From NCBI GenBank assembly GCA_964467635.1, contig CAYXRN010000002.1, forward strand, positions 1,388 to 65,387: a stretch of DNA of 64,000 nucleotides, in the 5' to 3' direction. Below are positions 10,282-18,442 of this stretch, one piece after another. The notes beneath the pieces were generated by a model. It worked only from the letters and a program-made list of their open reading frames with translations. It ran no database searches and had not been told where the DNA came from. Origin of the DNA: an uncultured Chitinophagaceae bacterium. GTDB taxonomy: Bacteria; Bacteroidota; Bacteroidia; Chitinophagales; Chitinophagaceae. The translations under genes were made by a program, and so were the position numbers. The number at the start of each line of letters is the position of its first letter. Within the stretch, counting starts at the first letter, position 1.

Positions 10282-10323
10282 AAACGGGCGCCGGTTCGTT
10301 CACCCACCGCTCCATTACGCCGA

Positions 10324-10740
10324 TCAGTAGCGTTCTAATCGTGAGAAGAAGAAATCGCCTTCGATTTGGGCGTTTTCATCTGAATCAGAACCATGAATAG
10401 CATTTTTACCTAAAGATTCTGCATATAGCTTTCTGATGGTCCCCTCATCAGCTTTTGAGGGATCTGTGGCACCAATCAGCTTGCGAAAATCTTCTACCGC
10501 ATTTTCTTTTTCAACAATGGCAGCGATGATCGGACCGCTGCTCATAAAATCAACCAGTTCCTCATAAAATGGCTTATCTTTATGAATCGCATAGAACGCA
10601 CCAGCTTTTTCTTTGGTTAAACGGGTCAGTTTCATGGCGCGGACAGCAAAGCCCGCCCTGATAATCTGATCCAAAATTACACCGGAATGGCCATTTTTGA
10701 ACGCATCCGGTTTGATCATAGTAAATGTTTTGTTGCTCAT
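10324..10740 (-). CDS. ndk: nucleoside-diphosphate kinase
   Basis: [11 protein letters not shown]-terminus and active-site NAIHGSDS; 138 aa. Confidence 0.95.
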   Translation of the reverse strand: MSNKTFTMIKPDAFKNGHSGVILDQIIRAGFAVRAMKLTRLTKEKAGAFYAIHKDKPFYEELVDFMSSGPIIAAIVEKENAVEDFRKLIGATDPSKADEGTIRKLYAESLGKNAIHGSDSDENAQIEGDFFFSRLERY

Positions 10741-10762
10741 TTTTAGGGTTATTTTTGCCCGG

Positions 10763-10770
10763 CAAAGGTA
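10763..10770 (-). promoter_or_regulatory. Bacteroidota -7 box (TACCTTTG on the minus strand) upstream of ndk
   Basis: Exact TAnnTTTG match 23 nt upstream of the ndk ATG. Confidence 0.5.
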
Positions 10771-10848
10771 AAGGATGTTACCTAAACCTTGAAAACTTTT
10801 TGACTTTTACAATTAAATTAAAGAAATTCGCCGCTCGTATAGATTTCT

Positions 10849-11856
10849 ATGAAGGCACTTACAGCAATAAAACCACTGATTGAGGGCGCGTCTAAAAAGG
10901 CAGTCATTACCATGCATCAGAATCCGGATGCAGACGCCATGGGATCTTCACTGGCGCTGAGGGATTATCTTCTACAAAAGGGACACGAACCAACGGTGAT
11001 CTCTCCCAATGAATTCCCTGAGTTTTTAAAGTGGATGCCCGGTTGTGATGCTGTACTGGTTTTCGACAATCAAAAAGAAAAAGCACTTGAAGCTTTGGCG
11101 GAGGCAGACCTGCTTTTCTGCCTGGATTTCAATGCGTTTCACAGAACAAGAAATCTCGCGCCTCACTTGGAAAAAACCAAAGCAATCAAGGTCTTGATAG
11201 ACCATCATTTGTACCCGCAGGAGGGCTTTGACTATGGTGAAAGTGATACCACGGCTGCGGCTACTGCGTTATTGATCTATGAGTTTGTGATCGCCATGGG
11301 TGATTTTTCCATGATCAATCTTTCCATGGCACAATGCATCTATGCCGGCGCGATGACTGACACCGGCTCCTTTCGGTTTCCGGCGACATCTTCGAGAGTG
11401 CACCGCATGATTGCCGATTTGATGGACATTGGGTTGGATCATGAACAAATCCACAACGCCATTTATGACAACTATAAGGAAAATCGCTTGCGGTTTATCG
11501 GTCAGGCGCTCGTAGACCGGCTGGAAGTATTTTATGAATACAATACCGCTATTATCTCCATCCCTCATGAAATGTTTAAAAAGTTCGAGTTAAAGCCGGG
11601 CGATACCGAAGGACTCGTTAATTTTCCATTGGCAATTAAAGGTATAAAATTTGCGGCGCTATTCACCGACCGAAAAGAGGAGATTCGCATGTCTTTTCGT
11701 TCAAAAGGAGACTTTAACGTCAATTTGTTTGCTCAAAAATATTTTGAGGGCGGCGGACACATAAACGCCGCAGGCGGACGGTCATCCGATTCGCTTAAAC
11801 AGACCATCAGCCGTTTTAAAAAAGCACTGAAAGAAAATAAAGAATCACTCCATTAA
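10849..11856 (+). CDS. DHH/DHHA1 phosphoesterase (NrnA-type oligoribonuclease/pAp phosphatase)
   Basis: DHH motifs HQNPDADAMGS, LDFN and DHH, plus the DHHA1 motif GGGHINAAG. Confidence 0.85.
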   Translation: MKALTAIKPLIEGASKKAVITMHQNPDADAMGSSLALRDYLLQKGHEPTVISPNEFPEFLKWMPGCDAVLVFDNQKEKALEALAEADLLFCLDFNAFHRTRNLAPHLEKTKAIKVLIDHHLYPQEGFDYGESDTTAAATALLIYEFVIAMGDFSMINLSMAQCIYAGAMTDTGSFRFPATSSRVHRMIADLMDIGLDHEQIHNAIYDNYKENRLRFIGQALVDRLEVFYEYNTAIISIPHEMFKKFELKPGDTEGLVNFPLAIKGIKFAALFTDRKEEIRMSFRSKGDFNVNLFAQKYFEGGGHINAAGGRSSDSLKQTISRFKKALKENKESLH

Positions 11857-11880
11857 AAACAATCTAATAATAATTTCACA

Positions 11881-12807
11881 ATGACAACAAACCAAAGGAT
11901 TAAAAAATCCGTTATGCTGCTCTCGATTGGAATCGGCATCGGCATGCTGGCCATTACCGGTTGTAAAAACGGGATGAGTGGCTTTGAAACAACTCCCAGC
12001 GGGTTGAAATACAAAATCGTAGAAGATGAACCTGGCGATACCGCCAGTCCCGGCGATTACCTGCAGGTGAGCATTCGTACCCTGGTTCATGATTCTGTCC
12101 TCATGGATACTTATGAAGAAGGGGCCGGCTACCGCTGGCTACCGCTTCAAAAAAGCTCCGGCCAAAAATTTGACATCATGGAGGGGCTCGCTCTTCTGTC
12201 AAAGGGGGACAGTGCTGAATTTTTGATACCCGCAGACTCGGTCATGAATCCAATGAATCGTCCGCCTTTTGTAGACTCTGGAGATATCATTCATATTTAT
12301 GTAAAGGTACATGACATCAGAAATGAAGAAGGCTACAAGAGCGCCATGGCTAAAGCAAAAATTGAGCAGAAGCAGGAAGACCAAAAGATCATCCAGCAGT
12401 ATCTGGACAGCACCGGTCAGAAAGGTCAAGCAACCGATGACGGCGTCTATGTAATCGTACATAAAGAAGGGGAAGGGGCTCCGGCGGAAAAAGGCCAGAC
12501 GGTTTCCATAATGTACACCGGGAAAACCTTGGATGGAACAGTTTTCGACTCCAATATCGACTCCTCCTTCCACCATACGGATCCCCTGGTGTTTCCCCTG
12601 GGACAAGGAAGGATGATTCCCGGAATGGAATCCGGAATGAAATTGCTCAAAAAAGGAGCGGAAGCCACACTGGTTATTCCTTCGGGGCTGGCTTATGGTC
12701 CAAACGGCCGTCCCCCGGTAATTAAACCCAATTCGGTATTGTTGTTCGATGTAGTGGTTAAAGATATTTCGGGCACCCCGGACTCAGGCACACCGCAGGG
12801 CAATTAA
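11881..12807 (+). CDS. FKBP-type peptidyl-prolyl cis-trans isomerase lipoprotein
   Basis: Lipobox LAITGC. The C-terminal FKBP domain shows YTGKTLDGTVFDS ... PLGQGRMIPGMESG ... IPSGLAYG. Confidence 0.85.
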   Translation: MTTNQRIKKSVMLLSIGIGIGMLAITGCKNGMSGFETTPSGLKYKIVEDEPGDTASPGDYLQVSIRTLVHDSVLMDTYEEGAGYRWLPLQKSSGQKFDIMEGLALLSKGDSAEFLIPADSVMNPMNRPPFVDSGDIIHIYVKVHDIRNEEGYKSAMAKAKIEQKQEDQKIIQQYLDSTGQKGQATDDGVYVIVHKEGEGAPAEKGQTVSIMYTGKTLDGTVFDSNIDSSFHHTDPLVFPLGQGRMIPGMESGMKLLKKGAEATLVIPSGLAYGPNGRPPVIKPNSVLLFDVVVKDISGTPDSGTPQGN

Positions 12808-12824
12808 TAGCTATTATTTATTGA

Positions 12825-12856
12825 GGTTGGCGATTCGAAGAATCGCCAACCTTTTT
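12825..12856 (+). terminator. rho-independent terminator of the FKBP gene
   Basis: Perfect 12-bp stem GGTTGGCGATTC / GAATCGCCAACC with a 3-nt loop, followed by TTTTT. Confidence 0.85.
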
Positions 12857-13246
12857 ATAAAACAGAGCGTAAAACCCATCCATCGCCCCGAAGCCCAACC
12901 CATCGCCTATGGCGTGGGGGGTAGTTCACTTCCCGGGGCGTAAAACCAATTTGTCCCGAATTCCAGATGAGGTTAAGCGACAAAACTGGACCTTGTAAAT
13001 AAACTCCTGGGGCATTGAGGATAAGATTTAAAACCGCAGCCGGTACAGAAGATCGGGCACCAAATCCTCCGAAACAATAAACAACTCCGTGTGAGCCCGA
13101 AGTCCGGCCCCTTCTCTGCAATGAGTAGGGCCCATCACCACCGACCCAAGTCAAATATCCTTTATTTCCGCACGACGGGAGCATGGCGTCGTCAAGTACA
13201 TGAAGCCACGCCTTGTCGACATCCGATATTTCCAGTAAACAATCTC
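12855..13246 (-). other. unassigned G/C-rich segment downstream of cdaA: candidate structured RNA or atypical small ORF (109 aa from ATG 13184)
   Basis: One minus-strand frame is open for ~138 codons (TGA at 13272-13274 to TAA at 12855-12857). The predicted peptide has 1 Lys and 1 Glu in 109 aa, unlike its neighbours. Several stems are visible, for example ACGACG/CGTCGT at 13172-13192 and CGCC/GGCG at 12904-12914, plus the long-range pair AAATATC (13153-13159) with GATATTT (13225-13231). Confidence 0.3.
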
Positions 13247-14050
13247 TTACCCCGTCTCTTCTATCAGCTTTTCATAAAGAAGGGATTTAAGATCTTCCAA
13301 CGAAACATTCATGTGCAAATGGCCATCTCTGGCATAGGAAACATTACCTCGTTCCTCGGAAACAATAATGGCCAGCGCATCACTTTGCTCGGTGGCCCCT
13401 ACACCGGAACGATGACGTAAACCAATACGCAACGGAAGGTTTGGATTCTCCGATACCGGCAAGACTACTTTTGCCGCCACCAACTTACTTCCGGCAATGA
13501 TTACGGCGCCATCATGCAACGGGCTGTTTTTCTTAAAAATGCTCTCTAAAAGACGGGCGGAAACATTGCCGTCTATGGGAACGCCCGAAGAGGTGTCAAA
13601 ACGTAGTTTATACGAATTGGTCACAATGATGAGCGCTCCGGTATAGGTGTTAGCCATATTGCCCACGGCCATTACTAGGTGTTTGATCAATTCTTCGGAC
13701 CTGCGGGAATCCTTTTGCTTGTCTGAAATCAAAAACTTTCGCCACACGTTATCTTCACTAAAAGGGATGTTTTTCCCAAGCAGCAACAAAAACCGCCTGA
13801 TTTCCGGTTGGAAAATGACGATAATAGCCAAAATACCTACATTGATAAAGTTCTGCAGGATGCTGGTCAGCAAAGGCATCTGTAACGCGCGGACGATAAA
13901 ATAAACGATATAGACTACGACAATGCCCCAGAATATTTTAAAGGCAATACTGCCCCTCAACAACCGATAGAGCTGATAGATCAGAAAGGCCACAATAAGG
14001 ACATCAACTATATTTAGCCAGCGAAAAGTATATCCCCAAAGGTGAATCAC
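13247..14050 (-). CDS. cdaA: diadenylate cyclase (c-di-AMP synthase), CdaA type
   Basis: Three N-terminal TM helices plus a DisA_N domain with motifs HDGAVII and RHRSGVGATEQSDALAIIVSEERG. Confidence 0.9.
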   Translation of the reverse strand: MIHLWGYTFRWLNIVDVLIVAFLIYQLYRLLRGSIAFKIFWGIVVVYIVYFIVRALQMPLLTSILQNFINVGILAIIVIFQPEIRRFLLLLGKNIPFSEDNVWRKFLISDKQKDSRRSEELIKHLVMAVGNMANTYTGALIIVTNSYKLRFDTSSGVPIDGNVSARLLESIFKKNSPLHDGAVIIAGSKLVAAKVVLPVSENPNLPLRIGLRHRSGVGATEQSDALAIIVSEERGNVSYARDGHLHMNVSLEDLKSLLYEKLIEETG

Positions 14051-14093
14051 GTATGTAACTGTTTATTTTTATAAAAAACGAAAATAGGTAAAA

Positions 14094-14957
14094 TCACGCT
14101 TGTTTCCGATAATATTCCCATAATTGTACCAGTTCTTGTGCAGGCTTGATATCATGGACTCTCAATAGTTGAACGCCCTGCTGCAGTGCAAGCAAATTTA
14201 AGGCTATTGTACCATTTAAAGCTTCCTTTGGTGAGGAACCTAATAATTTATAGATCATAGATTTACGGGAAATACCGGCCATCAACGGATAGCCCAATTG
14301 GTGAAAAAACGAAAGGCGGTGCATCAATTGATAATTATGTGCTATGGTTTTGCCAAATCCAAATCCCGGGTCGATGATCAGGTCTTTAATACCCGCTTGG
14401 CGACAAACAGCCGCCTTTCGGATGAAAAAATCAAAAACCTCCTGCGCCACATCTTCGTAGCGTGGATTGTCCTGCATGTTGGCCGGTGTTCCTTGCATGT
14501 GCATCGCAACATAAGGGACTCCGAGTCTGGCCACAAGGGGAATCATAGCCGGATCCATTTCTCCGGCACTGATGTCATTGATTAATACGGCTCCACCGGC
14601 TATCGCTGCCGCTGCCACCTCCGCATGATACGTATCAATGGAGAGCAAAGCCTCCGGAAATGCTTCAACTATGGTTTCGATGACGGGCAGCACCCGTTCC
14701 GCTTCTTCAGCGGCCGAAAGGCGTTGAGCGCCCGGACGGGTGCTTTGGCCGCCAATATCTATGAAAGTCGCTCCTTCCTCCATCATCTGGCCGGCCCTTT
14801 CCAGATAAGCCTGCCGGTCGACATACCGGCTACCTGCGTAGAAAGAGTCGGGCGTAATATTAAGGATCCCCATCAGCAGGGGTTTATCCAGTGTAAGTAA
14901 CTTTCCTCCTACATTCATTGAAAAAGTAGGCATTAATAATGTATTTTTGGCCTTCAT
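14094..14957 (-). CDS. folP: dihydropteroate synthase
   Basis: Pterin-binding motifs GILNITPDSF, DIGGQSTRPG, LINDISAG and IDPGFGFGK. Confidence 0.93.
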   Translation of the reverse strand: MKAKNTLLMPTFSMNVGGKLLTLDKPLLMGILNITPDSFYAGSRYVDRQAYLERAGQMMEEGATFIDIGGQSTRPGAQRLSAAEEAERVLPVIETIVEAFPEALLSIDTYHAEVAAAAIAGGAVLINDISAGEMDPAMIPLVARLGVPYVAMHMQGTPANMQDNPRYEDVAQEVFDFFIRKAAVCRQAGIKDLIIDPGFGFGKTIAHNYQLMHRLSFFHQLGYPLMAGISRKSMIYKLLGSSPKEALNGTIALNLLALQQGVQLLRVHDIKPAQELVQLWEYYRKQA

Positions 14958-14972
14958 AAGATATTAGCTGGG

Positions 14973-14980
14973 CAAATTTA
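14973..14980 (-). promoter_or_regulatory. Bacteroidota -7 box (TAAATTTG on the minus strand) upstream of folP-cdaA
   Basis: Exact TAnnTTTG match in the 36-bp folP/DUF1599 divergent spacer. Confidence 0.45.
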
Positions 14981-14993
14981 AGATAAATCTAAA

Positions 14994-15548
14994 ATGGGGC
15001 AGAAACAAACTTTGCGGCAGTACGATCAGGAAATGGCTGAATGCAAGAAAATCTTTTTCGACAAGGCCAAGGATTATGGTACTTCATGGCGGGTAATGCG
15101 TCCTATTTCCATAACGGACCAGATCATGATCAAGGCGCTGCGGATCCGTAATATTCAAGAAACCGGAAACCAGAAAGTCGGAGATAAAATAGATAATGAA
15201 TTCCGCGGAATTGCCAATTACGGTCTTATAGCCCTGATACAATTGAGCCTGCAGGGGAATGAACAGTGGAACCTTCCGTTGGACGAAGCCATTCGCATTT
15301 ATGACAGGGAAGCCGGAACGGTGCGTCAGCTCATGCAAAATAAAAACCATGATTACGGAGAAGCCTGGCGGCAGATGAGCCAGCAGTCTTTTGTAGATAT
15401 GATACTGTCTAAACTGCACCGTATTCGGCAAATCATTGAACAAGGGGGAAAAACGAGCGTATCAGAAGGAATAGATGCTAATTTTTCTGACATTGTCAAC
15501 TACGCAGCCTTCGCCTTGATCCAAATTAATGAAGCTCAAACCATTTAA
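14994..15548 (+). CDS. DUF1599-like all-alpha protein made of two tandem homologous halves
   Basis: There is an internal duplication. Half 1 reads KDYGTSWRVMRPISITDQIMIKALRIRNIQE...DNEFRGIANYGLIALIQL. Half 2 reads HDYGEAWRQMSQQSFVDMILSKLHRIRQIIE...DANFSDIVNYAAFALIQI. The family name is recalled from memory and not verified by search. Confidence 0.7.
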   Translation: MGQKQTLRQYDQEMAECKKIFFDKAKDYGTSWRVMRPISITDQIMIKALRIRNIQETGNQKVGDKIDNEFRGIANYGLIALIQLSLQGNEQWNLPLDEAIRIYDREAGTVRQLMQNKNHDYGEAWRQMSQQSFVDMILSKLHRIRQIIEQGGKTSVSEGIDANFSDIVNYAAFALIQINEAQTI

Positions 15549-15565
15549 ACTTTGTTTATTATTCA

Positions 15566-16714
15566 ATGATAAATTTAAAGAGAACATTGATCGTCATTTT
15601 CCGGATATTAGTAGGTATCCTTTTTATTCTTTCCGGGCTGGTCAAAGCAAATGATCCCCTTGGACTGAGTTATAAAATGGAGGAATATTTCCAGGTGTTG
15701 CACCTCCATTTCCTTGATCCTGCTGCATTGACCTTTTCTGTTGTCATCATTGCCTTTGAGATTATCGCGGGCTTTGCACTGCTGCTTGGCTTCAAGATGC
15801 GTTTTTTTGGCCCGTTGTTGCTGGCGCTGATGATCTTATTTCTTTTTCTGACCGGGTTTGCCTATCTCTCAGGGAAAATTAAGGAGTGTGGGTGCTTTGG
15901 GGAGTGTCTGCCCATTTCCGCAGGTGCCTCTTTTTGGAAAGATGTCATCCTGTTGATTCTCGTATTCTTTTTGTACCGCCACAGACGAAGTATCAAACCG
16001 TTTTTGGGCCGTTTTTTCACCTGGGTGATCCTGATAGCCGTAGTGATCTTCTCCTTTGGCTTGCAACGTTACGTGCTGAACCACTTACCCATTGTGGATT
16101 GTCTTCCTTACAAAGTAGGTAACGATATCCCTGAACTGATGAAAATCCCCCCCGGTGCTACGCCTGACAAATATGAAACTGTTTTTGTTTATGAGAAAAA
16201 TGGACAAGAAAAAGAATTTGCTGCCGATTCTATTCCTTGGCAGGATACGACTTGGCATTATGTGAGCAGAGAGGATAAGCTGGTTCAAAGAGGAAATGCT
16301 CAACCAAAGATTACAGATTTTGTCATAACGGATTTTGAGGGTAATGATTCTACAGAATTTATCTTGAATCAGGAAGGCTATACTTTCCTATTCATGGTAA
16401 GGCAAACGCAACAGGCCGGCAAAGGCTGGGAAGAAAAAATGCATCATTTACAGGCGGACTGTGAAAGGTTTCGGATCCATCTTTATGGAATTACCTCCTC
16501 GACAAAGCCTTTGGTCAATCAGTTTAAAAAGAAGCACAAACTTAGCTTTCCTTTCCTGCAAATGGATGGAACGGTCATCAAAACCGCAGCGCGTAGCAAC
16601 CCTTGCCTGATCCTGTTGAAGCAGGGAGTAATCGTGGGAAAATGGCATTTCCATGATATGCCACAGGGGGCCGTGCCCAGCCCGAAGAACGGCAAATTAA
16701 TTCTAAAATTTTGA
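15566..16714 (+). CDS. DoxX/MauE-like membrane domain fused to a C-terminal thioredoxin-fold-like domain (BT_3928-like)
   Basis: There are 4-5 N-terminal TM helices with a CGCFGEC motif, then a ~200 aa soluble domain. The family label is from memory. Confidence 0.6.
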   Translation: MINLKRTLIVIFRILVGILFILSGLVKANDPLGLSYKMEEYFQVLHLHFLDPAALTFSVVIIAFEIIAGFALLLGFKMRFFGPLLLALMILFLFLTGFAYLSGKIKECGCFGECLPISAGASFWKDVILLILVFFLYRHRRSIKPFLGRFFTWVILIAVVIFSFGLQRYVLNHLPIVDCLPYKVGNDIPELMKIPPGATPDKYETVFVYEKNGQEKEFAADSIPWQDTTWHYVSREDKLVQRGNAQPKITDFVITDFEGNDSTEFILNQEGYTFLFMVRQTQQAGKGWEEKMHHLQADCERFRIHLYGITSSTKPLVNQFKKKHKLSFPFLQMDGTVIKTAARSNPCLILLKQGVIVGKWHFHDMPQGAVPSPKNGKLILKF

Positions 16715-17769
16715 TACGTTATATTGTCAGGAAAATACTGTACGGGCTGCTCGTTATCTTTGGCGTGATTACGTTGGTATTTTTTTTGTTTAATGTCCTA
16801 CCCGCAGATCCGGCACGTCTGACTTTGGGGCAGCGCGCGGATGTGGCTTCCCTACAAAATGTCCGTCATCAATTATATTTGGACAAACCCTTACCTGTAC
16901 AATATGTTTTATACCTCAATGATCTTTTGCCTCTTAGTGTGTTGGATAAGAGCTATCCATTACAGGCCGAGCACTCCCATATTACGCTTTTTAAGCTATC
17001 AGATCAACGTGCTGTCGTATTAAAATGGCCCTACCTGCGGCGATCCTATCAGAGCAAGAAGGAGGTCTGGGATATTCTCATGGAGGCATTGCCCAATACC
17101 ATCATACTCGCACTGGTAGCTATGCTGTTTGCTACAATAGTAGGCATACTATTAGGAATTCTAGCGGCGGTAAAACAAAATACCTGGATGGACACCGCTG
17201 CAGTTTTTGCCAGTGTAACTGGAATATCAGCACCTTCTTTTTTTACAGGTATTGTTATTGCCTATTTTTTCGGGTATTTACTAAGTGACTGGACTCATCT
17301 GCAAATGACTGGCAGCCTCTTTACATTTGACCCATTCGCCGGTAAGCAACCCGCCCTGAAAAATATCATCTTGCCAGCCCTGACGCTCGGGATCCGTCCT
17401 TTGGCGATTATCGTACAACTTACACGCAGTGCCATGCTGGATGTGCTCAGTCAGGACTACATCCGCACGGCTTATGCCAAAGGATTAAAAAAGAAACTGG
17501 TTCTTTTTAAACACGCCTTAAAAAATGCGCTTAATCCTGTGGTTACTGCCATTACCGAATGGCTGGCCAGCCTGATGGCGGGTTCCTTTTTTGTGGAATA
17601 TATTTTTGGCTGGAAAGGCATTGGCAAAATAACGGTAGACGCGTTGATGAAATTTGATTTTCCCGTGGTGATGGGCAGTGTGCTCGTGATTGCTACTTTA
17701 TTTGTAATCGTAAACATCCTAGCAGATCTGCTGTATTCTTATCTTGACCCCCGGATTGTATTGCGGTAA
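16711..17769 (+). CDS. ABC transporter permease, DppB/OppB type
   Basis: Typical N-terminus MIRYIVRKILYGLLVIFGV, six TM segments and the EAA-type loop DYIRTAYAKGLKKK. The TTG start overlaps the upstream stop (TTGA). Confidence 0.85.
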   Translation: MIRYIVRKILYGLLVIFGVITLVFFLFNVLPADPARLTLGQRADVASLQNVRHQLYLDKPLPVQYVLYLNDLLPLSVLDKSYPLQAEHSHITLFKLSDQRAVVLKWPYLRRSYQSKKEVWDILMEALPNTIILALVAMLFATIVGILLGILAAVKQNTWMDTAAVFASVTGISAPSFFTGIVIAYFFGYLLSDWTHLQMTGSLFTFDPFAGKQPALKNIILPALTLGIRPLAIIVQLTRSAMLDVLSQDYIRTAYAKGLKKKLVLFKHALKNALNPVVTAITEWLASLMAGSFFVEYIFGWKGIGKITVDALMKFDFPVVMGSVLVIATLFVIVNILADLLYSYLDPRIVLR

Positions 17770-17792
17770 GGGTGGGAGAGAAGCCACCACGG

Positions 17793-18092
17793 CTATTTTA
17801 TAATCACCTTATCAATTAACTTTTCCCCCAAGGCTGCATTCATTCTTTGGAGAATCGTTTCTTTGGAGTAGGCCAGTTCCTGCTTCAGTGGGGCCACGTC
17901 GGTCGAGATAATAAGCTGCCGATTCACCAGCCGGATAGATCGGGTGTATTTCGAAATAGTCTGCCCCATTTCCTTTTCCCATAAATTTTGAATCCGCACT
18001 TCATTCATCTTATTGCGAAAAGGACTTCGGCGCAAGTATTCACGCATGGCGTCTCCAAGGCTCATTTCTCCCATGGAACGAAGATAAAACAA
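17793..18092 (-). CDS. DUF721 (DciA-like) small protein
   Basis: ~95 aa with LGDAMREYL...IQNLWEKEMGQTISKYT...LVNRQLIISTDVAPLKQEL, the pattern seen in DUF721 proteins. The start is ambiguous (18092 or an internal Met). Confidence 0.65.
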   Translation of the reverse strand: MFYLRSMGEMSLGDAMREYLRRSPFRNKMNEVRIQNLWEKEMGQTISKYTRSIRLVNRQLIISTDVAPLKQELAYSKETILQRMNAALGEKLIDKVIIK

Positions 18093-18159
18093 AAAGTCGA
18101 AAGCATAAACAGCGACACATTTAGCACCTATCCCATTTGGTATCTTCAGGAATTTGTCC

Positions 18160-18167
18160 TATATTTG
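18160..18167 (+). promoter_or_regulatory. Bacteroidota -7 box TATATTTG, 275 nt upstream of the porin-like gene
   Basis: Exact TAnnTTTG match followed by a hairpin-rich leader (see findings). Confidence 0.35.
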
Positions 18168-18442
18168 CTACAAGTCCGAATCAATTAGTAGTTGATTCTA
18201 CGTACCATTTCTATTCACATAGGTACATGTTTAATTGTACGTATTGACCGGCTTTAATCTATTCGCCTCTTGGCCTTAAACCAGGGGGAAATTGTAGAAA
18301 AAATTTCCCATAATCAAGTAGAGAAATTGGCGACAGAAGCAGTAAAGATGCGCTACGACTGCTTCATTAAAATTGGCAGGCAAATTGAATGATTTTAAAA
18401 ACTAGAATGAGGTGCTACGGCCTCCCATTTTAAGAAAAAAAT

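Noticed and set aside
12855-13246. Tested as rnpB (RNase P RNA), ssrA (tmRNA), SRP RNA or a ydaO-type c-di-AMP riboswitch, because of its size, G/C content and proximity to cdaA.
   Set aside because: It lacks the near-invariant GAAAGUCCGG and ACAGAA P4 strands of RNase P. It has no tRNA-like 5'-GGGG/3'-CCACCA ends or T-arm for tmRNA, and no GGUCCGGAAGGAAGCAGC SRP motif. The only resemblance to ydaO is a vague CCCGAAUUCC...GGUUAAGCG stretch, on a strand with no downstream gene.
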